DNA of 64,000 nt from Synechococcus sp. (GCA_047285535.1 JBJBDC010000001.1:2816136-2880135); one strand, 5' to 3'; shown: positions 23,322 to 33,705, counted from the first letter of the stretch. Notes: generated from the sequence alone by a model not told the origin. Numbers and translations are program-made.

Positions 23322-23747
23322 ATGACTACTTTTGTTATCTCACACAATCTACAAGTTAATTCAGAGCTTACCCCCGCGTTGTCGGGACAAGAATTGGCTT
23401 TTGGACTTGTTACTAGTTCGAAACTCTTAAAAGCTGGGGTTGCTTTGACTCATTCGCATTGGTTAATGAGGATTGAATCGGATTTGACTCCAACAGAAAT
23501 GGCAGATGAACTGATTAAAGCTTGGAGAAATTTTCGCGTTAGTCAAGGTCATGCAGTTGATCATGCATGGCTTGCACTCGGTGGACGAAAAGATACGCCA
23601 GCTATTAAAGATTCTCCTTTACAACAAGGTTATTGGGGCGTTGATCTCGTAGAATGTAGCAATCCAGATGTTTTCCTTGAGAGTATCAATTGGGATGCTC
23701 TCAAGTCAGGTCGTGAAGTTGATTCAGTTTTCGAAGTAAGAGGTTAG
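23322..23747 (+). CDS. conserved PBS-region protein (DUF2656 / unk12-like)
   Basis: FVISHNL, HWLMRI, LALGGRKD, WGVDLVE, INWDALK. Confidence 0.78.
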   Translation: MTTFVISHNLQVNSELTPALSGQELAFGLVTSSKLLKAGVALTHSHWLMRIESDLTPTEMADELIKAWRNFRVSQGHAVDHAWLALGGRKDTPAIKDSPLQQGYWGVDLVECSNPDVFLESINWDALKSGREVDSVFEVRG

Positions 23748-23763
23748 GCTTTGTATGAAATGA

Positions 23764-24078
23764 TCAACTTTTCTTCTTTGTCCTGCGATTGGGAGCTTTT
23801 CTTTCTTTCCTTGAAGCGGATTTTAATTCAGTTTCTTTCTCACTCTTTTTGGATTGACTCGCCTTAGGAGATTGAGTTGTCTGATTGTCTGATAAGCCTA
23901 TAGCGTCATTATTATAGATATTGGTTACTGCTGTCACAGTGATGCCTGCTTGACGCATGGCCTGAATTCCCTGGCAAAGTAAATTAAATGGAATTCGAAT
24001 GTTTGTGGATGTTGTGGGTCTAGAGCTGCTAAAGGCAATTGTTTTGGCAAGATAAGAGTTGGTTGAGAAAGGACCCAT
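23764..24078 (-). CDS. small PBS-region protein with degenerate CpcD-like motif and basic tail (unk11-like)
   Basis: IPFNLLCQGIQAMRQAGITVTAV resembles linker C-termini in this window. Confidence 0.6.
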   Translation of the reverse strand: MGPFSTNSYLAKTIAFSSSRPTTSTNIRIPFNLLCQGIQAMRQAGITVTAVTNIYNNDAIGLSDNQTTQSPKASQSKKSEKETELKSASRKERKAPNRRTKKKS

Positions 24079-24197
24079 TGATTAAATTTAGACTGGACTT
24101 AGATTATGCTCATATCATCATTGATGCAAGTTTTTTGAAGATACCTTTTTGATCCCAGAAGATTGGTAAAAGATTTATGACGAAATGCTAGTATTGT

Positions 24198-25544
24198 ATG
24201 AATGTCTATGCACTTGTTTTGAGTAAGCTCGCAAGATTTGACAATATCCATCCTGGTCTGACTTGTGACCACGCTCTTCATTTGTTGATGAAACCTGTCA
24301 ATGAGCAAGATTCAGAAAGTGATTTTTATACAGCCGCAGCACATTTAATTAATTGCCCATCTGATAAAACGCAGCAAGCATTGATTGAATTTTTGGAATG
24401 TCGAAGTTCTTCCAATCAATCAGTAAAAATCGCCAAACGTAAAATTGTAGAAGTCCTTGCACGTCTTGGCGCTGTAGATGCAATAGCTGCTATCGGCAAA
24501 TGTCTATGGTCAGACGATCAATACTTGGTAGAAAATACTGTTTGGTCGTTACAAAGGTTGCATTGCCAGGATGAGGCTTTGATAGATAAAATGATTGCGC
24601 TACTTGAGGCTAATACAGTCAATCAGCGAGTCATTATTCAATGCTTGGCATCTTTGAATGTTGCTAAAAGTTTGGATGTAATACATCCTTTTCAGTTTAA
24701 TGCGGTTCCAGGTATTCAAGGTGCTGCGATTGCGGCTGTGTCACGCCTGACAAATGATTCATCTCGGGTTTGTGAGATTACTAAGGGTTTGCTATTGCCT
24801 AATCAAATGGACAGGCATTGTGCGATTCAAGATTTAATCGATGCTCAAGCTGTTGATCAGCTTGGCGAAATTTTTAGTGCACCGGTATCTCCTGTCTTCA
24901 AAACGCGGGCATTACGTCAAATCTATGAAGGACGATCTCTCGAAAATATAGAGCCTAATATGCTTTCGTCGCTGGATTCTGTTTTGTCATGTGATTTATC
25001 GATGATTAATTATGTCCATCAATATGATACTGAACCGTCTGCTGAGTTCTTGATTCAAGAATTATATAATACAGATTTTGGGCGATGCTATCTGGCGCTT
25101 AAGTATTTGTATGCATATTCATCCGCCACGCTTTTTCCTGCCTTGAAAGTGTCATGGTTGGACGAAGCTCACAACGATTACGGAGCACATTATTTCTTTG
25201 CGTTTCTATTTGGTGCATTTTCAGATTGGCCTGAGGGATCTCAGGCTTGGATTTTTGAAACCCTCCTTTCGTCTATTTTTAATCTTAGACCGCAATTTCA
25301 GAAGAGCAGGGCTGCTGCGGTGATATCACTTTCCAAGTTAAATCCTTCACTACTGTGTGAGAGTCTGCCGAACATTCTTTCTGGTCGTGATGGCTTGCCA
25401 TGGGACATGCGCTACTGTCTCATCTATTGTTTGGATCATTATATTTCGATGGATAAATCAACGAAAGATGACTTGATCATGCAAGTCTCTGACGGTGATC
25501 GTGATGATTTTGTTCTTGCAAGAGCTCGAATGGCACTAGCATAG
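24198..25544 (+). CDS. cpeY: PEB lyase for CpeA Cys82
   Basis: RFDNIHPGL, HEAT repeats, HNDYGAHY; upstream of cpeZ; start may be TTG 24219. Confidence 0.88.
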   Translation: MNVYALVLSKLARFDNIHPGLTCDHALHLLMKPVNEQDSESDFYTAAAHLINCPSDKTQQALIEFLECRSSSNQSVKIAKRKIVEVLARLGAVDAIAAIGKCLWSDDQYLVENTVWSLQRLHCQDEALIDKMIALLEANTVNQRVIIQCLASLNVAKSLDVIHPFQFNAVPGIQGAAIAAVSRLTNDSSRVCEITKGLLLPNQMDRHCAIQDLIDAQAVDQLGEIFSAPVSPVFKTRALRQIYEGRSLENIEPNMLSSLDSVLSCDLSMINYVHQYDTEPSAEFLIQELYNTDFGRCYLALKYLYAYSSATLFPALKVSWLDEAHNDYGAHYFFAFLFGAFSDWPEGSQAWIFETLLSSIFNLRPQFQKSRAAAVISLSKLNPSLLCESLPNILSGRDGLPWDMRYCLIYCLDHYISMDKSTKDDLIMQVSDGDRDDFVLARARMALA

Positions 25545-25619
25545 CCTTTCGCAATTTGTCAAATATTAGGCCTCGTTATTGCCTCCTGCTAGAATTGATA
25601 AAGTCTTTGTTTTTACATT

Positions 25620-26246
25620 GTGTCTTCAATAATTCCATTGGATGATTTGTTTTTAGACCTATCTCACCCTAATCCTAATATTAAGATGGAGGCATGTGTA
25701 GCCATGTCAGAACATTACTTTGATGAGGCATTGCCCCGCTTGCTTGATTTATTGAAAGACCCTGACCCTCAGATCTATCGATCGGCCGTTAAGGGTTTAG
25801 GTGTATTTGGTCACCAAACATTATCGCCCCTACTTGAGCTTTACCATTCTACTGAAAATTGTACTGTTAAAGCCTGTTGTATTAAAGCTTTTGTGCAAAT
25901 TGCTGTTAATTATCCAGATACAGCTTTTCCTGATGAGTCGATTATTGTATTAAAGGATGCGCTCGATGATGCTAATCCCGTTGTATCTCAATCTGCCTTG
26001 ATGACGCTTGGGTATTTTTCCAAGTTAGAACATGAGAAAGAACGTGTGATTCCTCTTTTGATTCATGCTTGTCATAGCACTAACATGGCGCATGTACAGT
26101 CAGCGGTAATGTCCCTTGCTGAAGTACACTCTAAGCAGGTGGATCAGTGTTTCGCGAATTTAATCAATGATGAATCTACTGATGGATTGATTAAGGAAGT
26201 TCTGGAAGCAAGTATGTCTCGTCGACAAAGCCTTTTTGGGAGTTAG
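25620..26246 (+). CDS. cpeZ: HEAT-repeat lyase chaperone
   Basis: LSHPNPNI, YRSAVKGLG; follows cpeY. Confidence 0.88.
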   Translation: MSSIIPLDDLFLDLSHPNPNIKMEACVAMSEHYFDEALPRLLDLLKDPDPQIYRSAVKGLGVFGHQTLSPLLELYHSTENCTVKACCIKAFVQIAVNYPDTAFPDESIIVLKDALDDANPVVSQSALMTLGYFSKLEHEKERVIPLLIHACHSTNMAHVQSAVMSLAEVHSKQVDQCFANLINDESTDGLIKEVLEASMSRRQSLFGS

Positions 26247-26248
26247 AT

Positions 26249-27148
26249 TTAATTTTGGCATTTTGCTAGCTGATTTCTCGCTACTATGAGTACCTTCTTG
26301 ACTTGTTCATCAGATTCTTTCTCAATCGCTTGCTCTATAGAGGTAATCGAAATAACTGACTGCATTTTCATCAGTGATAAGGCAGTATTTTTTCGTACTT
26401 GATCGTTTTGATCTTGCAATAATCGATGTAGTTCGTCGGCAGCGTCTTCTTGGTCCATGGATTTCCCTACGATCGTCGCTGCTTCTGCTCTGACTTCACT
26501 TTCAGGATCTTTCAATCCATTCAAAACTAGTAATCTGGCATCTCCGTTTTGGCTGGATTGGGCTTGTTCTGCTAAAGCATTCAATGCTGCTATTCTAATT
26601 TCTTTGTTTGTAGATTTTGTTGCTGTCTTAAAGGCTAATGGATTTGCTGACCCAATAAAACCTAAGGCGAGATTGATCAAACCTATCTGAAAAGCAGTGC
26701 AATTATTTTCAGTTAAAATTTTAAGCATTGGTTCAATTGCTGGCTCTCCTATTGTTGCCATCGCACCAGCTGATGATCCTTGCACCACAGGATCTTGATC
26801 TGTTTCAAATGCTTCCACAAGATTTGGAAGTGCTTTTTTATTTCCGATTAGATTTAATGTTTTAGCGGAAGCTCTTCGAATGAGGATATTGGAGCTATTT
26901 TTTAGCGCTTCGCATAGTATTGGTATCGCTTCTTCTCCTATTGAACCCAGACTTTTTGCAAATGTTAGTCTTAATTCTCCTCTGTCATCCCCTAATCCTG
27001 AAACCATTCTATTTAATGATTCCAGGTCAGAATTTGGTAATTCTCCTTGGCTCAATTTTTGTTTGAGTTCATTGGCAAGTTCAAGTGCTTCTTCCTGAGT
27101 CAATGTCTCGTTATGCATCATCTCTTGATGAGATTGGACTCCTGGCAT
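26249..27148 (-). CDS. mpeU: PEII-associated putative lyase-isomerase
   Basis: Paralogue of MpeV (GLGDDRGELRLTF, RRASAKTL); downstream of mpeC; ORF-track start 27247 overlaps the terminator. Confidence 0.83.
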   Translation of the reverse strand: MPGVQSHQEMMHNETLTQEEALELANELKQKLSQGELPNSDLESLNRMVSGLGDDRGELRLTFAKSLGSIGEEAIPILCEALKNSSNILIRRASAKTLNLIGNKKALPNLVEAFETDQDPVVQGSSAGAMATIGEPAIEPMLKILTENNCTAFQIGLINLALGFIGSANPLAFKTATKSTNKEIRIAALNALAEQAQSSQNGDARLLVLNGLKDPESEVRAEAATIVGKSMDQEDAADELHRLLQDQNDQVRKNTALSLMKMQSVISITSIEQAIEKESDEQVKKVLIVARNQLAKCQN

Positions 27149-27245
27149 GTTCAAGCAATCGATCTTCTTATAATCTAACCTATTGTTTAGGTTTTTTCTT
27201 TGTTGGCTAAATGTTTGATGGATGGGAGCAGCTTTAAACTTATCC

Positions 27246-27275
27246 AAAAAAATGCCCCCGCTATTGCAGGGGCAT
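27246..27275 (-). terminator. terminator after mpeC
   Basis: TGCCCC..GGGGCA stem with A7 (U-tract on minus strand). Confidence 0.7.
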
Positions 27276-27301
27276 CAAGTTTTTATCTTGCCATTTGAAA
27301 T

Positions 27302-28183
27302 CTAGAAAAAGATGCCAAATGGACGGAATGGTACGTAATCACTCATCGCTGGTACATTGTGACCTGTGTACTGTTGTTGAGGAAGTTGTACGGGGATTTT
27401 GGTCACAGAGACGTAGTTGAAAGGCTGAGGCTTATTATCTTCTCTTGTGGCAATTGCTAATGGATTAATTGTTTTGCTTTGTCGACCTTGCGCATTATCA
27501 CTAATGGCGACTTTCATGCCACCAAGATCCCTCATTAAGTTGAAGGACCGAGTATACATTCCTGCATAGGAATCCTTCGTGCGGTCGTAAGGAACGATAT
27601 CTGCACCAAAGACTTCTGTGTATTCTGCAGAATCTGTCAGGGTGTCGATTAGTGCATCAAAGCCTTCTTCTGCCTGTAGTTTGATATGGTCTTGAACTTC
27701 TTGCTGGTCTAGAGGTGCTCGTCCCAGCAAATGCTTGAAGTTGAGCTCAATTCCACGTTGGGCTCCTACAGCATGGAAGAAATTGTCCTTGTAGAAGTCA
27801 GATTTAGCCAGGCCATTGACAAAATCACGTACGGTGATTTCCCCATTCATCAGACGTACTTCGAGAGAAGTCTCACGCTGGTTGTCTGTTGGAGGAAGAT
27901 TGCCAAGTACTTGACGATAGGCAGCAGCAATGACCCTTTCTAGGGCAGCACTGTTGTCTGGAGCATACTGATCGAATGTGACTCTGAATGGGCAATCTGA
28001 GAGCAGCCTTGGACCGATTCCAATACCCATTGCTGCGCAGTGCTGGCGCTTGTATTCAGCAATGGCACCAGCAACTGTGCGAGGAACAGTGTTTTTACCA
28101 GCTTTGCTTTTGGTTGAGAAAGCAGCAGGACCGGTTCTGGTCGCTGCAGTAAGCGCTTTCAGGCTTGTTTCTGCTCCGAGCAT
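27302..28183 (-). CDS. mpeC: PEII gamma (chromophorylated) linker
   Basis: MLGAETSL; Cys49 in HCAAMGIGIGPR; linker domain FKHLLGRAP; downstream of mpeA. Confidence 0.92.
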   Translation of the reverse strand: MLGAETSLKALTAATRTGPAAFSTKSKAGKNTVPRTVAGAIAEYKRQHCAAMGIGIGPRLLSDCPFRVTFDQYAPDNSAALERVIAAAYRQVLGNLPPTDNQRETSLEVRLMNGEITVRDFVNGLAKSDFYKDNFFHAVGAQRGIELNFKHLLGRAPLDQQEVQDHIKLQAEEGFDALIDTLTDSAEYTEVFGADIVPYDRTKDSYAGMYTRSFNLMRDLGGMKVAISDNAQGRQSKTINPLAIATREDNKPQPFNYVSVTKIPVQLPQQQYTGHNVPAMSDYVPFRPFGIFF

Positions 28184-28392
28184 GATGAAGATGGGGGGTG
28201 TGGTGTGTTGAATTCGCCTCTACATCTCAGGGCAAGAAATCAATTATGCCCAGAAATTGTAAGGCTTAATATGGCCCAATTATGCTTCGCCATCGAGTCA
28301 TCGTACCTATTGATAAAATAACGCAAAGGCGACAGTTTGATTAAAAGGCTGATCGTCTAATGTGACTTTAATTCGAACGATTTAAATTCCTG

Positions 28393-28420
28393 AAAAAAAA
28401 GGGTGGGCATAGCCCACCCT
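28393..28420 (-). terminator. terminator of mpeBA
   Basis: AGGGTGGGC-ATA-GCCCACCCT with A8 tract. Confidence 0.88.
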
Positions 28421-28461
28421 GTTTTCCTATGCGGATTAAAATCAGTCCTTGGGGATGAATA

Positions 28462-28959
28462 TCAACCCAGGGAGTTGATCACATAGTCGAGCAGAGTGTT
28501 GTAAGCAGTCAGAGCTTGTGCACTCATGTCACGAGGTGAGCAACCATCGTTACGCATGTTGGAGAAGCCAGCCACGTAGGTACCAGCATCGATGCTGAGA
28601 GCCTTGTAAACTTCTTTCTGGCCGTTGATTGCCAGTTCGTCAAGTGGGCCAGTGCCACCTGTTACGAGGCAATAGTTGATCAGACGCAGGTAGTGAACGA
28701 AGTCACGCTTGCACTTCTCTTTGCCCTCAGTAGCGCACTTGCGTGGCTGGCGGCCAGTGGCGCCATTGGGATACTGAGCGTAGACAGCGTCGACAGCACG
28801 CTGAGCAATCGCGTCGTAGTTAGAGGCAAGCTTTTCAGCGGCTTCAAGACGAGCAGCTGCGCGTTGGATAGAGCCCTGTACGGACTCCATGTCTGAGGCT
28901 GAGGGGAAGCGTGAAGCGCTGTCGGCTGAGCCAACAACTGTGGTGATAACAGACTTCAT
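28462..28959 (-). CDS. mpeA: phycoerythrin II alpha subunit
   Basis: C75, C83 ([13 protein letters not shown]) and C140. Confidence 0.97.
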   Translation of the reverse strand: MKSVITTVVGSADSASRFPSASDMESVQGSIQRAAARLEAAEKLASNYDAIAQRAVDAVYAQYPNGATGRQPRKCATEGKEKCKRDFVHYLRLINYCLVTGGTGPLDELAINGQKEVYKALSIDAGTYVAGFSNMRNDGCSPRDMSAQALTAYNTLLDYVINSLG

Positions 28960-29002
28960 GAGTTGGAAGTGAGTGGTGTTTAACGATTAAAAGAATTCAG
29001 GT

Positions 29003-29701
<699 letters not shown>

Positions 29702-29732
29702 TCAGACTGACTTTTGGACTCTTTGCAAAAAG

Positions 29733-30929
29733 TTATGAAAACTCTTTAAGCACTTGAGCGCAGCTCCATTTCAGTGGCATCCATTTGGAGCTGGTGTTGA
29801 TTGCCTTCAGAAGCTCTAACTGGTCTGTTAGCTCAAGCTTGAGACAAGCCCACGCTGCTGCAACCCTTGATTTCGCATATTGAGGCAGGGTCTCTGCCAG
29901 TGACGTTCTGATCAGCTCGGATCGCTCATGAATGGAGTCGAGTCCAATCAATGAGGTCAGAAGATAGTTGGCTCCGTAATCACTCCAAAGACGCGAGTGA
30001 ATTCCATCAATGATTTCGAGCTGTTCAGCTCTTGGCATCTTTAGGATTGTGAGAGCAGCTCCATATTGTTTCCCTTCATCTCGATGCTGCAGATTTTTCT
30101 CAATCTCGATGGGGTCAGACTTGCATATCCACTCTTCACGGATGCAAAGATTCCTGGGATCATCATTTAGCAACATCGTGATCATTTTGATATGTTGCTC
30201 AGGTACTGATCCTTTTTTATGTGGGTCAACGAGTTGAAAGGCACTCTTGGCTCTCAACGGCATGGATACAGCAGACTTGATGAGATATTCCAGCATGTTG
30301 ATATCTCCAGCATCTCCGAGGTCGATGACGGCAGAGCGTCGCCAGCCTGCTTGAGGGACAAGGAGTTGCGGAATTAAAGGTGTTAGTTCTTTTAGATCTC
30401 CCTCAACCCGCGCACAAAATGCCCTTGCTGCACCTGCTACGAGAGGATTTTCATCATGTATCAGAGTTCGGATTGATTGAGAGCCGCTTTTCAGACCAAG
30501 TCGTGTATGCGCCTGGATCACAGATCGCTTCTGTGGATCACTACCTTGTAAAACTTTTAGAAGTGCTTTGCTTTGTTCGTCACTTAGATCAGCTGATATT
30601 TGGCTAATTGAATCAGTCGCATTGATGACCGCAGGCTCATCATCATATTCAAGTGCTTTGAAGAGGCAATTTAAAGCTTGCGTGTCCTTCCTGCGTCCCA
30701 ATGCCTCTATTGCCTTGCGTCGTGTGATTCTGTTGAAAAGGTTCTCCGGATCAAGATCAACTGCCTGAATGAGAGCTTGCAACGATGCATCACTTGTACA
30801 TGCAGCAAGCCTTGTTGCAGCCATGTATTTATCGACTGGATTCGTTAATGATGTGGGATCAGATAAGAGGATATCTATTGATTTCTCTTCGGATAGGCCC
30901 TCGAACAAAATGTCAAACCGCTCTGCCAT
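29733..30929 (-). CDS. mpeY: MpeA Cys83 PEB lyase, MpeY/Q/W/Z family
   Basis: MAERFD, 398 aa, upstream of mpeB; Y318-G319 (lyase-type). Confidence 0.83.
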   Translation of the reverse strand: MAERFDILFEGLSEEKSIDILLSDPTSLTNPVDKYMAATRLAACTSDASLQALIQAVDLDPENLFNRITRRKAIEALGRRKDTQALNCLFKALEYDDEPAVINATDSISQISADLSDEQSKALLKVLQGSDPQKRSVIQAHTRLGLKSGSQSIRTLIHDENPLVAGAARAFCARVEGDLKELTPLIPQLLVPQAGWRRSAVIDLGDAGDINMLEYLIKSAVSMPLRAKSAFQLVDPHKKGSVPEQHIKMITMLLNDDPRNLCIREEWICKSDPIEIEKNLQHRDEGKQYGAALTILKMPRAEQLEIIDGIHSRLWSDYGANYLLTSLIGLDSIHERSELIRTSLAETLPQYAKSRVAAAWACLKLELTDQLELLKAINTSSKWMPLKWSCAQVLKEFS

Positions 30930-31103
30930 GATCCTATCTTTTAGTCATTTCTATAATGACTATAATTAGGTTTTAATTCTACCATGATGCTCTCGTCAAG
31001 ACTGACTCAGTCTTTAGATCTCTTCTTTTTTGATCGCGATTGACGCAGCTTGTCTGCGATCTGTGTCAATGATATATAATGGTTGCAGTATGTGGTATTA
31101 GGT

Positions 31104-31424
31104 ATGCCAGTATCTGTTGAATCCGAAAAAGCTTTGCCTCGATTTGTTGAATCGGTTGCAAGTAATGCTGAAATTCAGGAAAGGCTCAATGATCTGACAG
31201 ATATTGATTCACTTCGTAAGTTGATTTTGTCAATCGAGCCCTCCTTGACAGGTTCTGCTTTGATTCCTTATGAGCAAGCAACCAGCCCCCCAAAAATCAC
31301 GATTGATTCAGGTGTTCTTGTTGCTGATATCCCGTGGCGGTTGCTTCGATGTCCTGGAGGACCACTCGTATTGCAGATGATTTGTAAAAAAGTGAATTTT
31401 GCTGTTTGGATTGAGGCTTGTTAA
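31104..31424 (+). CDS. Nif11-like domain protein (unk9-like)
   Basis: LPRFVESVASNAEIQERL; divergent from mpeY. Confidence 0.72.
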   Translation: MPVSVESEKALPRFVESVASNAEIQERLNDLTDIDSLRKLILSIEPSLTGSALIPYEQATSPPKITIDSGVLVADIPWRLLRCPGGPLVLQMICKKVNFAVWIEAC

Positions 31425-31426
31425 GG

Positions 31427-31702
31427 ATGGAAACTTGCCAGATAGACGAATTTGTTAAAGCTGTTGTCTATGACCATTCCATTGCCACTGGTCTTAAATC
31501 ATGCACAACGCAAAATGAGATCGTCCTTTATGCCAAATCTCAAAATTTTCATTTTACTCTTGAGGATTGGAAGCATTCTGTAGATTCTTATATCACGTCG
31601 CTTCATTCAGAACAACAAGAAGAAATTCTTCAGTGTGATTCATCTCACTGGTCTTGGGCGTTTCGTCAAACAGCTGCTTGGCGAGCTATGTTGATGGAGT
31701 GA
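31427..31702 (+). CDS. Nif11-like domain protein (unk8-like)
   Basis: IDEFVKAV...EIVLYAKSQNFHFT, HWSWAFRQ. Confidence 0.72.
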   Translation: METCQIDEFVKAVVYDHSIATGLKSCTTQNEIVLYAKSQNFHFTLEDWKHSVDSYITSLHSEQQEEILQCDSSHWSWAFRQTAAWRAMLME

Positions 31703-31770
31703 GATCTTCTTCTCTGGCTACGCTTAGGCTAAATGCTTAGGATTTGAAAAGGCTCTTGTTTACACATCCC

Positions 31771-32004
31771 ATGACGACTACCCCTTCAGATTCTCAAAAG
31801 GATTCTAATCTTGAATCGTTTGTTGCACTTGCTCATCAGGATTCAAATCTTCGAGATGAGATTAAAGCTGCACTAAATCAGGATCAGGTTATTGACATTG
31901 CTGCGTCTCGTGGTTTCACTTTTGATTCTTTGACTATTTTAAGACGATGGAGTAAGCACACTGATTTTTCTCAGGATACCTGGTTGGGTTGGTTTAGCGA
32001 GTGA
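31771..32004 (+). CDS. Nif11-like domain protein (unk7-like)
   Basis: LESFVALAHQDSNLRDEI...IAASRGFTF, TWLGWF. Confidence 0.75.
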   Translation: MTTTPSDSQKDSNLESFVALAHQDSNLRDEIKAALNQDQVIDIAASRGFTFDSLTILRRWSKHTDFSQDTWLGWFSE

Positions 32005-32013
32005 GCTTTTGGC

Positions 32014-32319
32014 TCAGCGATTGATCTCTGAATACCTAGTTGATTTACTGCCTCGTTTCGCCCAATAAGTGACTAATTCCTCTCCTCCTGGTCTTGGGAC
32101 ACGCGCGCTTGCTCTTAAAATTTTGAAAGAACGTCTTGGTCCCATCGGCCAATTCCCTACAGCTTTTATATTTCTTACTCGACCTCCCATGGATTCTATA
32201 ATTAATTCAAACTTATCCAATTGGGTTTGATCGACAGTCTCAAAAATAAAGTCACTACCATCGCAAATGAGATGATTTGATCGAATCCATGATTTCATTT
32301 GGCTCACATTATCCTGCAT
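32014..32319 (-). CDS. cpeR: CpeR-family phycoerythrin regulator
   Basis: WIRSNHLIC, FETVD, VGNWPMG, YWAKRG; last gene of cpeSTR. Confidence 0.88.
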   Translation of the reverse strand: MQDNVSQMKSWIRSNHLICDGSDFIFETVDQTQLDKFELIIESMGGRVRNIKAVGNWPMGPRRSFKILRASARVPRPGGEELVTYWAKRGSKSTRYSEINR

Positions 32320-32926
32320 TGTGGTTGATCCATTCCGTTGAGATGATTTGTCCAATTTCTTTTACCTTTTTAAATCTTAGATGGCCATGTTCTGACCCCC
32401 AGCATTGTTGATCGTTATCTTTATTGTAACCACGATCTCTACTGATCCAAGTTTCTTGATTGATTTCTACTTCACTGACGAGATATGTCAAAATACCATC
32501 TTTTGGCACAATGCACTTTTTCCCTGGCTCGACTGAGCCAACATAATGCCCATCAGCTATTTTCTTGAAATACATATTGCATCCACATCTTGGCTTTAAG
32601 GACTCAGTCTTGATGCTTTTAAGTAATTCAGGATTTCTTCCTGCTCCTGCTAGTCTATCAGGATTGGAAAATGAAAAGTTCTCCATTATACATGTATCGT
32701 CTAATGTTTGATGCGTAATTAATCGGTGAATACCCTGTCTATAAGGATCCCAAGGTGCGTAATCATAATGTTGTTCCGAATAAAAACCCGGCCCGCTGAA
32801 TATATTCCATGGAAGCGGTCTGAAGACTATATTGATACGGGCAAAATCTTTTGGATTGGCTTGTGCTTGCTCATAGTTATCGTATATTCCCGCAATTGCT
32901 TTTGCAAATTCAAACACAGAATCCAT
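32309..32926 (-). CDS. cpeT: T-type PEB lyase
   Basis: NPKDFARI, PYRQ, VEPGKKC, SRDRG, WGSEHG. Confidence 0.9.
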   Translation of the reverse strand: MDSVFEFAKAIAGIYDNYEQAQANPKDFARINIVFRPLPWNIFSGPGFYSEQHYDYAPWDPYRQGIHRLITHQTLDDTCIMENFSFSNPDRLAGAGRNPELLKSIKTESLKPRCGCNMYFKKIADGHYVGSVEPGKKCIVPKDGILTYLVSEVEINQETWISRDRGYNKDNDQQCWGSEHGHLRFKKVKEIGQIISTEWINHNAG

Positions 32927-32940
32927 GAATGTCTGGCGAT

Positions 32941-33480
32941 TTATGCTTTGTTTAAGCGGCGAACTTCAGAGCAAAATGATGTCTGCAATATTCCTGATCC
33001 TTCTGATGTTTTCAATACGGAAGATCTGCAGCGAACATTTTCACTAATGAACCATATTCTTTCCTCCGCAATTGATTGATCGTAAATTGTTTTGAGGATA
33101 AACGTTCCATCGTCTAGAAAATTATAATTTGATGTTGCAGCTATGGTTTCTGCGTAGCCTATACTGCGTATTAAAACTCCCGAAGTATTATTTTTTGGAA
33201 TTGGAATGATAATGCATTGGCCACTCGCAACATCGTTGGGATCTTCGGGTTCCCAATCACTTTCCGCCGACCATTTCATCAAAAAAGGTGACTTTATCTT
33301 TGATAAACTTAAGTCACCTTGACTCTTTAAGATATTTTTTAATTCAGGATCTGATTCACTAATGCGAATTACTGATATTTCGCTTAGTACGTCTTCGAAT
33401 TGCTGAAAAGCCAGTGAATGGGCTGAGCGCATTGATTTCCATTCACCTTCTGTCTGAGCAACAAACTGCTCAATATCCAT
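32941..33480 (-). CDS. cpeS: S-type PEB lyase (beta-82)
   Basis: GEWKSMRSAH, RSIGYAE, EERIWF, SEVRR. Confidence 0.92.
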   Translation of the reverse strand: MDIEQFVAQTEGEWKSMRSAHSLAFQQFEDVLSEISVIRISESDPELKNILKSQGDLSLSKIKSPFLMKWSAESDWEPEDPNDVASGQCIIIPIPKNNTSGVLIRSIGYAETIAATSNYNFLDDGTFILKTIYDQSIAEERIWFISENVRCRSSVLKTSEGSGILQTSFCSEVRRLNKA

Positions 33481-33655
33481 TTTGGCTCGTCAATGCATTA
33501 GATTGTTCTTGATGTAATGAGGGTCGTGTATTTTGCATCATGTTGACAACTGAGTCAATCATCATTGACATTGCCATTGGATTTTTCTCTACTGATCTCT
33601 CAAAATCAGTTTTATTCAAGTGTGTTTGTTTCGAATTCGGTCGAGTGATTGGCAT
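33470..33655 (-). CDS. small hypothetical protein upstream of cpeS
   Basis: DFERSVEKNPMAMSMMIDSVVNMM; stop overlaps the cpeS start. Confidence 0.6.
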   Translation of the reverse strand: MPITRPNSKQTHLNKTDFERSVEKNPMAMSMMIDSVVNMMQNTRPSLHQEQSNALTSQNGY

Positions 33656-33705
33656 GAACTTGAGCTTTTGAATAATTGCTATTAAAAATTTAATCATTGG
33701 ATTCA

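Noticed and set aside
31104..32004. Prochlorosin-like RiPP cluster
   Set aside because: No double-Gly cleavage site followed by a Cys/Ser/Thr-rich core, and no LanM or peptidase-ABC transporter in the window.
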